Shown: positions 1 through 9,370 of the stretch, piece after piece | Numbering within the stretch: the stretch's first letter is position 1 | How the letters are laid out: each line of letters opens with the position of its first letter | From: an uncultured virus (IMG/VR IMGVR_UViG_3300028422_001054) | Taxonomy: Duplodnaviria; Heunggongvirae; Uroviricota; Caudoviricetes | Virus record (IMG/VR): IMGVR_UViG_3300028422_001054 | Reading direction: 5' to 3' (one strand) | DNA: 64,000 nt | Program-made: the position numbers and the translations under genes | Notes under the pieces: model-generated | What the model was told of the DNA's origin: nothing | Databases searched by the model: none | Seen by the model: only the letters and a program-made list of their open reading frames with translations

Positions 1-50
1 TAGATTTATAACGTCTAAATAATCGTATAATTTAATAAGGAGACACGCCT

Positions 51-2231
51 ATGGTAGTAATAAAAAGAGATGGTACCAAAGTACCTTTTCAAGAGAGTAA
101 AATAGTTAATGCTGTTTACCTAGCTAATTCAAGAACTTCGAGGATAGATACTTCTCTTGGGTTTATGATAAAATCTTCAGTTATGGATCTTATCCTTAAC
201 GAGACAATAATTTCCGTAAATAAAATAGAATGTTTAGTAGAGAGTTCTTTAAAAAAAGTTTGCAGAGAGACCTATAAAGAGTATTCGACTTACAGACAAA
301 AAAGAGTAGATAGTAGGTTTTTAGGTACTGATTTAGCTCAGAATACTAAGGATATTCTACTCGGAGGTAGAAATGATCGAGAAAATGGTAATCTTGATGA
401 AAATACTTTTTCTGGTAAAAACTCTAAAATTGCTGCTACGTTAGGAGAAGAGTTTTCTAGAACTCATCTTGTATCAAAAGATGTTTTAGAAGCCTTTGAT
501 AAAGGCGTTATTCATATACATGATTTTTCAAAATATCACCTAGGGGATCATAATTGTTCAACTTTAGATTTAGAAGATCTTCTTTCCAGAGGATTTTCAA
601 CTAAAAACGGTGGTGTGCGACCTCCTAAATCTATTAGGTCTGCTTTGGATTTGACATATTTACTAATAGGAACTGTTAGCCAAAATCAATTTGGGGGATG
701 TGCTATTGCTGGGTTCGATACATGTTTGGCACCTTATCTAAAAATGACATTTGATAAAAATGTAGCAATAGCTTGTGATGTTTTTGATATTAGTGATCCG
801 TCGCTAATCTCCGGTAAAAAAGATTGGTCAAAAGTAGATTATCAAATGATTGAGGATATTCAAAAAGCTCATAGTCTTGCATTACGTTATACTAAAGATG
901 AATTATATCAAGCTATGGAGGGTTTTTTCCATAACCTTAGTACAGCTCATACTCGAGAAGCTAATCAGTTAAGTTTCTCATCGATAAATTATGGAAATGA
1001 CACCTCTTTAGAAGCTGTAATGATTGCAGAATGTATCCTTGCTACTAGGTCTAAAGGAATAGGCCCGAATAAAGAGATTCCCATCTTTCCTATAGGTATA
1101 TTCCAATATTCTCCTTGTCTACATGGGGAGGGGAAACCTTTAGAATGGTTATTTGATAAAGCAGTAGAATCTACTAGTAAGAATATTTACCCGAATTATG
1201 TTTATGTTTCTGATGAGATGAGTAATCTTCCTTGGAGAGCTAAACCTTCTACGATGGGTTGCAGAACTATGAATAATGAGGATCGTTTTAGTTCTGAATT
1301 AGATCGTACCGGTAGAGGGAATATATCTCCTGTAACTCTAAGTTTACCTTACATAGCTTTAGAAGCTAACTGTGATTACGATAAGTTTTTATCATTACTT
1401 AAAGACTACTTAAAGTTAACAGAAAAAGCTTTATTAGAACGATATGCATACCAATCTTCACAGAAAGGTAAAAATGCTCCTTTTTTATATGAAAACAATG
1501 TTTTAAAATCAGACGTTCCGATAGGACCTGAAGATTCTGTAGAACCTGCTCTTAAGCACGGTTCTTTAGTATTTGGTTATCTTGGTCTTGCTGAAGCACT
1601 TGTCGCTTTATTTGGGAAACATCATGCTGAATCTGAGGATGTGTATCTTAAAGGATTGGATATTATTAAGAGTATTAAGAGTTATGCTACCGAGGCAGGT
1701 AATAGAAATAATCTTAATATGTCTTTATATGCGACTCCTGCTGAAAGTTTATGCATGAAAGCTCGAGATAAAGCTTTAAGAGATTTCGGTAAAATTGAAG
1801 GAGTGACTACTAGGGAGTATTTTACTAATTCACATCATGTACCGGTGTACTACCCTATAACAGCTTTCGATAAAATAGCTTTAGAAGCTCCTTTTAGTAA
1901 ATTAGCTACAGCAGGAACCATTCTGTATAACGAGTTATCAGGAGATGCTATAGATAATATTCCTGCGGTTAAAGCTTTGGTAAGAAAAGCTATGGATAGT
2001 GAAGTACAGTACTACGCTGTAAATATTCCTAGAGATACTTGTAATGAATGTGGTCATAAAGGGTATGATCTTACAGCTTGTCCAAAATGTGGTTCAAGTG
2101 AAATTAAACAGCTTAGAAGAATTACAGGTTATACTACTTCTGAGGTTAAGTATATGAACGATGGTAAGCAAGCTGAGGTTAGAGATCGTGTAAAGCACAT
2201 GAACTTTAATGCTATAGAAAAACTGATATGA
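51..2231 (+). CDS. nrdD: Class III (anaerobic) ribonucleoside-triphosphate reductase
   Basis: N-terminal ATP cone (VIKRDG), IHIHD..YH..HNC, active-site MGCRT, YATPAE, YFTNS, C-terminal CxxC...CxxC Zn site and glycyl-radical motif RRITGY; AGGAG RBS. Confidence 0.97.
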   Translation: MVVIKRDGTKVPFQESKIVNAVYLANSRTSRIDTSLGFMIKSSVMDLILNETIISVNKIECLVESSLKKVCRETYKEYSTYRQKRVDSRFLGTDLAQNTKDILLGGRNDRENGNLDENTFSGKNSKIAATLGEEFSRTHLVSKDVLEAFDKGVIHIHDFSKYHLGDHNCSTLDLEDLLSRGFSTKNGGVRPPKSIRSALDLTYLLIGTVSQNQFGGCAIAGFDTCLAPYLKMTFDKNVAIACDVFDISDPSLISGKKDWSKVDYQMIEDIQKAHSLALRYTKDELYQAMEGFFHNLSTAHTREANQLSFSSINYGNDTSLEAVMIAECILATRSKGIGPNKEIPIFPIGIFQYSPCLHGEGKPLEWLFDKAVESTSKNIYPNYVYVSDEMSNLPWRAKPSTMGCRTMNNEDRFSSELDRTGRGNISPVTLSLPYIALEANCDYDKFLSLLKDYLKLTEKALLERYAYQSSQKGKNAPFLYENNVLKSDVPIGPEDSVEPALKHGSLVFGYLGLAEALVALFGKHHAESEDVYLKGLDIIKSIKSYATEAGNRNNLNMSLYATPAESLCMKARDKALRDFGKIEGVTTREYFTNSHHVPVYYPITAFDKIALEAPFSKLATAGTILYNELSGDAIDNIPAVKALVRKAMDSEVQYYAVNIPRDTCNECGHKGYDLTACPKCGSSEIKQLRRITGYTTSEVKYMNDGKQAEVRDRVKHMNFNAIEKLI

Positions 2232-2683
2232 GAATAATAGGCTATACTCAGGATTCTACAGCAGATGGTGAAGGTTTACGGGACGTGTTATTTGTTTCCG
2301 GATGTGATCATCGTTGTAGTTCTTGTCATAATAAAGAGAGCTGGTCCCCTGAAAAGGGGATTTTCTTCTCTAAGGGTATGAAAGCTAAGTTTATAGCTTA
2401 TGCTAAAAGGTTGAATCCTCCAGCGGTAACTTTGTCTGGAGGAGATCCTTTATACGAAAGTAATTACGAAGAGATTATAAAGCTTTGCGAAGAATTAAAA
2501 GTAGAGGGAATAAATATTTGGCTTTATACCGGATATACTTTAGAAGAAATAAAAAATCTTCGCCCAGGTATTCTAAAAGTAGTAGACGTTATTGTTGATG
2601 GTAAGTTTGATAAGTCATTAAGTGCTGAAGCTCCTTTGTTTAGAGGATCTTCCAACCAAGAGATACATAGGAGCCCATTTTAA
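2228..2683 (+). CDS. nrdG: Class III RNR activating enzyme (radical SAM)
   Basis: DGEGLR..LFVSGC, CxxxCxxC (CDHRCSSC), SGGDP, YTGY, DGKF, RGSSNQ; overlaps nrdD stop (ATGA). Confidence 0.96.
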   Translation: MRIIGYTQDSTADGEGLRDVLFVSGCDHRCSSCHNKESWSPEKGIFFSKGMKAKFIAYAKRLNPPAVTLSGGDPLYESNYEEIIKLCEELKVEGINIWLYTGYTLEEIKNLRPGILKVVDVIVDGKFDKSLSAEAPLFRGSSNQEIHRSPF

Positions 2684-4888
2684 ATGAAAGAGTGGAATAG
2701 TTTTGTAATAGATCCTCAATGGAGTGATAATATAGATGTTAAATCTTTTATGAGATGCAATCTTACGCCTTATGATGGAGATGATTCTTTCTTAGAGCCT
2801 CCTACAGGAGCTACATTATCTCTATGGAGAACTCTCAAAGAGATAGGATTAGATACTAAGAGAACCGATACATCAAAAGTAGGAAGTATCATATCTCATA
2901 AAGAAGGTTATATAGACCAAGCATTAGAGAAAATAGTAGGACTACAATCTGAAAAGCCTCTTGAGAGTACCATTATTGCTCAAGGAGGTATTCGGTTAGT
3001 AGAAAAAACCCTTAATTCTTTAGGGTCCGATTTACCTCCAGAGGTTCGTAAAGCTTTTACTGAATATCGTAAGACTCATAATGACGGGGTTTTCGATGCT
3101 TATACAGAAGATATTCTTAAAGCTAGGAAGTCTGGAATTATTACAGGGCTTCCGGATGCCTATGGAAGAGGACGTATTATAGGGGATTACCGAAGAGTAC
3201 CTCTTTATGGGGTATCGATTCTTTTAAAGGATAAGTTATCTCAAAAAGAATCAATTAGTGATGTTCTAACCGAGGAAACTATTAGACTTCGAGAAGAGCT
3301 TTCTGAGCAAATAAAAGCATTAAAAGATTTAATAACGTTAGGAAATAATTATGGGTTTGATTTAACTAGACCAGCTAATTCTGCTAGAGAAGCTATTCAG
3401 TGGTTATATTTCGCTTATTTAGCTGCTGTAAAACAACAAAACGGTGCTGCTATGAGTCTAGGAAGAACATCATCGTTTATAGATATCTATATAGAACGAG
3501 ATATTCGTTCCGGTATTCTTTCGGAAATTGAAGCCCAAGAACTTATTGACCAATTTATTATGAAGTTAAGAATTGTTAGATTTCTAAGAGCTCCCGAGTA
3601 TGACGAGTTATTTAGTGGGGATCCTGTGTGGATTACAGAATCTCTAGGAGGTATGACCTCTGAGGGAGGGCATCAGGTAACTAAAACATCTTTTAGGTAT
3701 TTACACACTCTGTATAATCTTGGAGCGTCTCCTGAGCCTAATTTGACCGTTTTATGGGATGATAATTTACCAAGACCTTGGAAGGAGTTTTGTGCTAAAG
3801 TATCTATAGATACTAGTGCTATTCAATACGAAGATGATTTCCAAATGAGAGCTAAATATGGTGATGACTTCTCTATAGCTTGTTGTGTCTCTGGAATGAC
3901 TACAGGTAAATCTATGCAATTTTTTGGAGCTAGAGCTAATCTAGCAAAAGCTCTTTTATATGCTATTAATGGAGGTAAGGATGAATTGTCAGGAGTACAA
4001 GTTTCTACGGAGCTAGAACCTATCTCCTCCGGAGTTTTAGATTTTGAAGATGTTTGGAACAGATTAGATATTACTTTAGATTGGGTAGCTAAAACATACA
4101 TAGATGCTTTAAATATTATTCATTATATGCATGATAAGTACTCTTACGAGAGTTTACAAATGGCTCTTCATGACCTATCCGTATGCCGTAATATGGCCTG
4201 TGGGATAGCTGGATTATCCGTTTTGGTAGATTCGTTGTCAGCTATTAAGTATGCACAGGTAACTCCTGTTTTTGATTCAAGAGGAATTGTGTCATCCTAT
4301 ACTACTGTTGGAAGTTATCCTTCTTTTGGAAATAATAATGATAAAGTAGATCTTTTAGCTAATAAAGTTATAGAGCTTTTTTTAGAAAAATTAAAGAAGC
4401 AAACTACCTATAGGGCATCTACAGTTACATTATCTATTTTAACAATTACTTCTAATGTAGTATATGGAAAAAAGACAGGTGATACACCTTGTGGTAGGAA
4501 AAAAGGGGAACCTTTTGCACCAGGAGCAAATCCTATGCATGGAAGAGAGTTTTCTGGACCGTTACATGCAATGAAATCGTTGACAAAGTTAGATTACAAC
4601 TTAGCTGAAGATGGTATCTCGTATACTTTCAGCATAGCTCCTTCATCTCTAGGTAAAGATCTAGAGGAACAAACTACTCGATTAGTAAGTTTGCTAAATA
4701 TATATTTTAGGGAAGGTGGACAACATATAAATATGAATGTTTTCGATAAAAATCTTTTGCTAGATGCTTTAGAAAATCCTAATAAGTATCCTTATCTGAC
4801 TCTAAGAGTTTCCGGATATGCGGTTAGATTTAATAGCTTAACGAAAGAACAAAAAGAAGATGTTATTAATAGGACGATTCATACTTGA
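2684..4888 (+). CDS. pflB: Pyruvate formate-lyase (formate C-acetyltransferase)
   Basis: [17 protein letters not shown], catalytic [15 protein letters not shown], glycyl-radical RVSGYAV; ATG immediately follows the nrdG TAA. Confidence 0.97.
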   Translation: MKEWNSFVIDPQWSDNIDVKSFMRCNLTPYDGDDSFLEPPTGATLSLWRTLKEIGLDTKRTDTSKVGSIISHKEGYIDQALEKIVGLQSEKPLESTIIAQGGIRLVEKTLNSLGSDLPPEVRKAFTEYRKTHNDGVFDAYTEDILKARKSGIITGLPDAYGRGRIIGDYRRVPLYGVSILLKDKLSQKESISDVLTEETIRLREELSEQIKALKDLITLGNNYGFDLTRPANSAREAIQWLYFAYLAAVKQQNGAAMSLGRTSSFIDIYIERDIRSGILSEIEAQELIDQFIMKLRIVRFLRAPEYDELFSGDPVWITESLGGMTSEGGHQVTKTSFRYLHTLYNLGASPEPNLTVLWDDNLPRPWKEFCAKVSIDTSAIQYEDDFQMRAKYGDDFSIACCVSGMTTGKSMQFFGARANLAKALLYAINGGKDELSGVQVSTELEPISSGVLDFEDVWNRLDITLDWVAKTYIDALNIIHYMHDKYSYESLQMALHDLSVCRNMACGIAGLSVLVDSLSAIKYAQVTPVFDSRGIVSSYTTVGSYPSFGNNNDKVDLLANKVIELFLEKLKKQTTYRASTVTLSILTITSNVVYGKKTGDTPCGRKKGEPFAPGANPMHGREFSGPLHAMKSLTKLDYNLAEDGISYTFSIAPSSLGKDLEEQTTRLVSLLNIYFREGGQHINMNVFDKNLLLDALENPNKYPYLTLRVSGYAVRFNSLTKEQKEDVINRTIHT

Positions 4889-5000
4889 GCCAACTTATTC
4901 TTGAGAGAGTTATTTGAAGATTTAAATAAAACATATAGCATTATATGGTACTTACTATATATTATATGACAAGATCTTTTAACATTTATAGGAGGCATAA

Positions 5001-5510
5001 ATGAATTTATTAAACAAGGATGTTTTTATACTGAAAACATCCACCGTTGGGCATGTTGTTGGTATTTCACTTGATATTAGAGGAACAGAGGTAACCTCGT
5101 ATTTAATAACTTCGGAAGACAATATTGAAGGAACCTGGTACTTTCGTTCTGAGTTTGAGGTTCTTGGTCAGAAAGAAACTAAGATGTCGAAATATCTATC
5201 TTTAGAAGAATTTGTAACTAAAGGTTATCTTCAAGAAGCTAATCGACGATTTTTCCATCCGATAGGATTAGCTTTAGAGATAGCCATTACAGATTGCAAA
5301 GATGGCTCTGAACTCTATACTTTCTCAGGTATAAGAGATTCTCGAGAAGATGAGGAGGGTTTTATATTTGACCTAGAGCACTCTAAGAATGGTAGGTTGC
5401 TAAGGTTTAAGAATAATGCAAAATTCATTGATTCGGAGATTGCTAAACGTTCTTGTAAAAGATTAAATCTCTTTAATAGTATTGTAGAGCCACTTAAAGG
5501 TCCTACCTGA
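5001..5510 (+). CDS. Hypothetical phage protein, possibly a two-domain fusion
   Basis: ORF with GGAGG RBS; internal Met at MSKYLSLEEF precedes a GYLQEANRRFFHPIGLALE segment. Confidence 0.7.
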   Translation: MNLLNKDVFILKTSTVGHVVGISLDIRGTEVTSYLITSEDNIEGTWYFRSEFEVLGQKETKMSKYLSLEEFVTKGYLQEANRRFFHPIGLALEIAITDCKDGSELYTFSGIRDSREDEEGFIFDLEHSKNGRLLRFKNNAKFIDSEIAKRSCKRLNLFNSIVEPLKGPT

Positions 5511-5780
5511 TAGTCTATATTTTATTAGACTAATTCCTAAAAAGTTTTAGTTATAAACGGTAGTGAGGTTTAAAGGGAACATGAATAAGCTCGACCGAAG
5601 AACCGGGGCTTTATATGACTAGCTATTTATTAGAGTTATATAAGGCTAAAAACCTTTGACCGTACCAAGCGGTATAAAAGTTATGGCGTGGAGTCTGTGG
5701 TAGGCATTTACTTCGTTAACATAAACATACCATCGAGAGTTCTAATAGATAGAAACTAATGCAGTTCGTGAATCTGCGGT

Positions 5781-5890
5781 GGGCAATTGGCACTGGTGTC
5801 CTAATGTAAGAATAGTGGCTTGCAATGTATGTTGCAATCTTTATTATAATGCCTTACTTTATATCCCTGGTTCGATTCCAGGGTTGTCCA
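5781..5890 (+). ncRNA. Atypical tRNA-like RNA with alanine identity elements
   Basis: Acceptor stem GGGCAAT/GTTGTCC with G3.U70 and discriminator A; canonical T arm CCTGG-TTCGATT-CCAGG; central part oversized (110 nt total) and contains CTTGCAA. Confidence 0.5.
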
Positions 5891-5916
5891 TTACTTTATA
5901 GGTTAATTTTCGGGGA

Positions 5917-6213
5917 TCATCTCGGATCCTCACCAAACCCTTTAAAAGGTTTTAGATTCTCCAGGTAGAACGGGTGGTTTAATAGATGGTCTATAACGTC
6001 TGTTCGGAACCACTCCCCTCTTAAGTGATATCTCTTACATATTCCGTGCAAGTGTTGTTCAAAATTACTTTCAACATTTTCCAAGGTATATAAAATTCGT
6101 AAACTTGAAACATTAGAAGTTTGAAGTGTAGCTAATCTACTCTTTAAATCAGAGGTTCTTCCTATTTTTATACTATGAGATTTTCGATCAAGAATGAAAT
6201 ATATTGTCACCAT
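5917..6213 (-). CDS. GIY-YIG superfamily nuclease (T5orf172/MUG113-like)
   Basis: IYFI...IKIGRT.DL..RL..LQTSN...E..LH......RGEWF pattern. Confidence 0.85.
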   Translation of the reverse strand: MVTIYFILDRKSHSIKIGRTSDLKSRLATLQTSNVSSLRILYTLENVESNFEQHLHGICKRYHLRGEWFRTDVIDHLLNHPFYLENLKPFKGFGEDPR

Positions 6214-6284
6214 ATACTACAATAGTAAGCACTAGGATTTAGTTTAAAAATTCTCTACTATTATTTAGAGCAGGAGGTAATATA

Positions 6285-6638
6285 ATGTCAAAATATTTAA
6301 TTGACGTAGGAGTTGATGATCTTTCGTTAACTCTATTTATAGGGGAAGAAGGAAAAATACTATTCTTAGATAAAATAGAGGTTCTAAAAGCTTCAGGTCA
6401 CGATATCAACGTAGAGGAGGGAGCGTTAGAGTATGCTCAAGGTTTATTTATTCCAGGAGCTCTCTGGGTAAAAGACTGGAATAGGAAAATTCTTCTACAT
6501 GAGATGCAGCACTTTTTTGATGATCTTTTTGAAGAATTATCTATTACTCAGGAGGATGAAGCTAAAGCTATTTTCATGAGTAATATTTTGGATAAAGTTT
6601 TATCTCTTAGAGATAAGTTTTTGGAGGAAAGTAAATGA
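6285..6638 (+). CDS. Small HExxH-motif protein
   Basis: LLHEMQH followed by EDEAKA; GGAGG RBS. Confidence 0.55.
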   Translation: MSKYLIDVGVDDLSLTLFIGEEGKILFLDKIEVLKASGHDINVEEGALEYAQGLFIPGALWVKDWNRKILLHEMQHFFDDLFEELSITQEDEAKAIFMSNILDKVLSLRDKFLEESK

Positions 6639-7093
6639 CTTCTGTAGAGTTAACAAAAGAACATATTCTAAATGTTAAGAATAAACTAGCTATAGTTATA
6701 GGGATTCTCGAATCTCGAGGTATTTCTCACGATAATTCTAAATTAGAAGACCCAGAGGTATCTATTTTTGATATTTATACTGATAAATTGAAGTTGTGTA
6801 CCTATGGATCGGAAGAGTACTATCGTTATCTTAAAAGCATGAAACCTGCGTTAGACCATCATTATGCTAAAAATGCACATCATCCTGAGCATTATTTAGA
6901 TGGTATTAGCGGAATGACTTTGATAGATATTGTAGAAATGTTTTGTGATTGGGTGGCTGCTACAGAAAGGCATTCAGATGGCAATATTTATAAATCTATA
7001 GATCTTAATAAAGATCGATTCAATATCCCAGAAGAGCTATGTAGTATTTTTAAAAATACTGCCAGGGAAGTTTTTGGAAAGGAGCTTATTTAG
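6635..7093 (+). CDS. DUF5662-like HD-type protein
   Basis: HDNSK, HHY..N.HHPEH, M.L.D..EM.CDW. Confidence 0.75.
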   Translation: MTSVELTKEHILNVKNKLAIVIGILESRGISHDNSKLEDPEVSIFDIYTDKLKLCTYGSEEYYRYLKSMKPALDHHYAKNAHHPEHYLDGISGMTLIDIVEMFCDWVAATERHSDGNIYKSIDLNKDRFNIPEELCSIFKNTAREVFGKELI

Positions 7094-7229
7094 TGACTGA
7101 TTTAATTAAATTACATTCGATACTAATAAATTTAGGTGAGGTTCCTAGAGTACGAGGGAATTACATGTTTTTAGATAGACTTGTTTTTGAGTTTTCGTCC
7201 GAAGGGGACCTTATTAAGGTGGTTGATAT

Positions 7230-7760
7230 ATGATAATATTTTATGATTTTGATGGCGTTCTAGCTGATACACATGAGAATCTTTTGAGACTTTATAATAA
7301 AGATTTTGATGACACTGTTTCCAAGAGTGATATTACTGAGTGGAATTTAGCATCTTTTGTTAAACCGGAAGCTAAAACCAAGATTTTTGATTATTTGTTT
7401 AGTGAAGGTTTTTATGATAATGTAAAACCTAATAAGGATTTTATTGAAGCAGCTAAACGAAATATAGAGTTAGGTCATACTGTTGGAGTTGCTACAGCAT
7501 GTAATAATAATGTTACAATGATTTCAGGGAAGTTAGCATGGCTTGAAAAGCACTGTCCTTTTATAGACTTAAAAAATCTAATTATCGTTGATAATAAAGG
7601 CCTTTTAAAAGGAGACCTTCTGGTAGACGATAAGCTTCAGAACTTAGAAGATTTTGTGGCAGCAAATCCTTTAGGAAAAGGATTGCTTGTTAGAATGGCT
7701 CATAATCAAAATGACGTGCTACTTACTCCCCGGATAAAGCACACTACTAGGACATATTGA
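7230..7760 (+). CDS. 5'(3')-deoxyribonucleotidase, HAD family
   Basis: DFDGVLAD motif I, K..WL..H.PF, LLVDD. Confidence 0.9.
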   Translation: MIIFYDFDGVLADTHENLLRLYNKDFDDTVSKSDITEWNLASFVKPEAKTKIFDYLFSEGFYDNVKPNKDFIEAAKRNIELGHTVGVATACNNNVTMISGKLAWLEKHCPFIDLKNLIIVDNKGLLKGDLLVDDKLQNLEDFVAANPLGKGLLVRMAHNQNDVLLTPRIKHTTRTY

Positions 7761-7886
7761 CACTAAAAAGATAGCTATAGTTTGTTAATGCGTCATTATG
7801 TTACACTTTTAATGAGTTAAAGTGTTATTATGACTCACTCGTCATTAAAAGGTTCGACCTAAATGTGTTTTTAGTCAAGGATATGT

Positions 7887-7902
7887 TGGCACGGACTTTG
7901 CT
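7887..7902 (+). promoter_or_regulatory. Sigma54 (RpoN) -24/-12 promoter upstream of hsp20
   Basis: TGGCACG-GACT-TTGCT matches the TGGCACG-N4-TTGCW consensus, 24 nt before the ATG. Confidence 0.75.
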
Positions 7903-7926
7903 TTATAGCTAATAGGAGATTATTTT

Positions 7927-8319
7927 ATGAAAACTTATGATTTATTAACAGATTTATTTAACACAATGGATAGTATGCTAGAGACTCCTAGCAATTTTAG
8001 TAAACAAACCCCTTCTTATGATGTAGTCGAAAAAGACGCTGAATTTCAGCTTAATATTTTAGCTCCAGGGGTATCTAAAGAGTCTATCGTTCTAAAAACT
8101 GAAGGTAGACTCCTTAATATAGTTGCCACCTCGGCTTATAGCGTTGATGAAAAAGATGGTTCTGTAACTAAAGGAATAACTGATTTATCGTTTGAAGTTA
8201 CTTTTAAACTTCCAAGTTCAATAGATACTACTAATATTTCGGCTACTATCTTTGACGGTATTTTATCCATAAAGTTAGCTAAATCTAAAGATTTTACAAA
8301 CTTTATTAAGGTTAACTAG
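7927..8319 (+). CDS. Small heat-shock protein, Hsp20/alpha-crystallin family
   Basis: YDVVE...APGV.KE.I...F..TFKLP..ID...ISA...DGILSI.L.K. Confidence 0.9.
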   Translation: MKTYDLLTDLFNTMDSMLETPSNFSKQTPSYDVVEKDAEFQLNILAPGVSKESIVLKTEGRLLNIVATSAYSVDEKDGSVTKGITDLSFEVTFKLPSSIDTTNISATIFDGILSIKLAKSKDFTNFIKVN

Positions 8320-8361
8320 AAATAAGTATTCTTTCATGATACTATGGTCTGAGGAGATTAT

Positions 8362-8772
8362 ATGAAAGAATACTTATTACAGCTAAAAGAAACCGAGGAT
8401 AAGTTAGCTAATATTGTTAAAGAAATACAGGAGAAAAAAGTTTCTTACGAGTCTTTGATAAAAGATTTAGTCGAAACAAAAAGTGTTTTAGAGTCAAAAG
8501 TTACGTCTTTAAAACAAGCGATTAACCCTTTAGCTTTAGCTGAGTTTATAGGAACGGGTTCTAAAAAATTGGAAGGTGGGGTAGGTATACGGTCGTCTAA
8601 AAAAATTAAGTATGACCCAGCTAAAGCTTTAGATTTCGCCAAAGAAAAAGATATGTTTCTGACTCTTGATGTAAAAGCTTTTGAGAGTGCTGCTCCTAAG
8701 TTAGGGCTTACGTGGGTAACGGTTGATACAGTACATAGTGTTACGTTCCCAAAAGTAATATTACTAGACTAA
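8362..8772 (+). CDS. Gam/Gp157-like host-nuclease inhibitor candidate
   Basis: N-terminal coiled coil followed by K.L.GGVGIR and a short C-terminal domain. Confidence 0.5.
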   Translation: MKEYLLQLKETEDKLANIVKEIQEKKVSYESLIKDLVETKSVLESKVTSLKQAINPLALAEFIGTGSKKLEGGVGIRSSKKIKYDPAKALDFAKEKDMFLTLDVKAFESAAPKLGLTWVTVDTVHSVTFPKVILLD

Positions 8773-8807
8773 ACTCCTAAAAGTAACTATTCATTTTAGG
8801 AGTTTTT

Positions 8808-9314
8808 ATGAGTGAACCATGTTTAATGCTTAGTCTAGATATTGATAGAGATATGTTTATAGAGTTTATAAGCTCTTTGGACGAGGCTCTTATTGATCCT
8901 ACGGAGGGTATTGAATGGTTTAACCATGTTACCGTGTTATATGGTATTAAAGATCCTGGGAACTCTACATTACAACTTGCGAAATTAATAAACTCTATGC
9001 ACTCCTTCCCGATAAAATTAGGGAAGGTTTCTTTTTTTAGAACAAATCCTGACTTTGATGTTTTAAAAGTTGAGGTAGAGTCTAAAGAACTACTTGTATT
9101 TAATTCATTAGTAAGGTCTTTGGTTCCTTATGAAAATTCTTATCCAGAATATATTCCGCATTTTACAATAGCTTATGTTAAGAAAGGAGCTTTTGATTAT
9201 CTTGAAGGTTCTGATTATTTTCAAGGATTAAGTTTCTTTCCTAGGGAAGCTACTTTATCCTTCTCCGATAGGTCTTGTCTAGATATTCCTTTCTATAACA
9301 GTAAAAAATTATAG
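8808..9314 (+). CDS. 2H phosphoesterase, Acb1/gp57B-like
   Basis: Two HxT motifs: HVTVLYG and PHFTIAY. Confidence 0.8.
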   Translation: MSEPCLMLSLDIDRDMFIEFISSLDEALIDPTEGIEWFNHVTVLYGIKDPGNSTLQLAKLINSMHSFPIKLGKVSFFRTNPDFDVLKVEVESKELLVFNSLVRSLVPYENSYPEYIPHFTIAYVKKGAFDYLEGSDYFQGLSFFPREATLSFSDRSCLDIPFYNSKKL

Positions 9315-9370
9315 AAACCTGTTTACAAAAATATTCTTAAAGGTTAAGATACTTTAAGGAGTAAACAAAA

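Noticed and set aside
5575..5890. tmRNA starting at GGGAAC...TCGAC
   Set aside because: Acceptor pairing needs a bulge, no helix-2 complement or GAC before the T arm, and no plausible tag ORF; GGGCAAT at 5781 pairs better.
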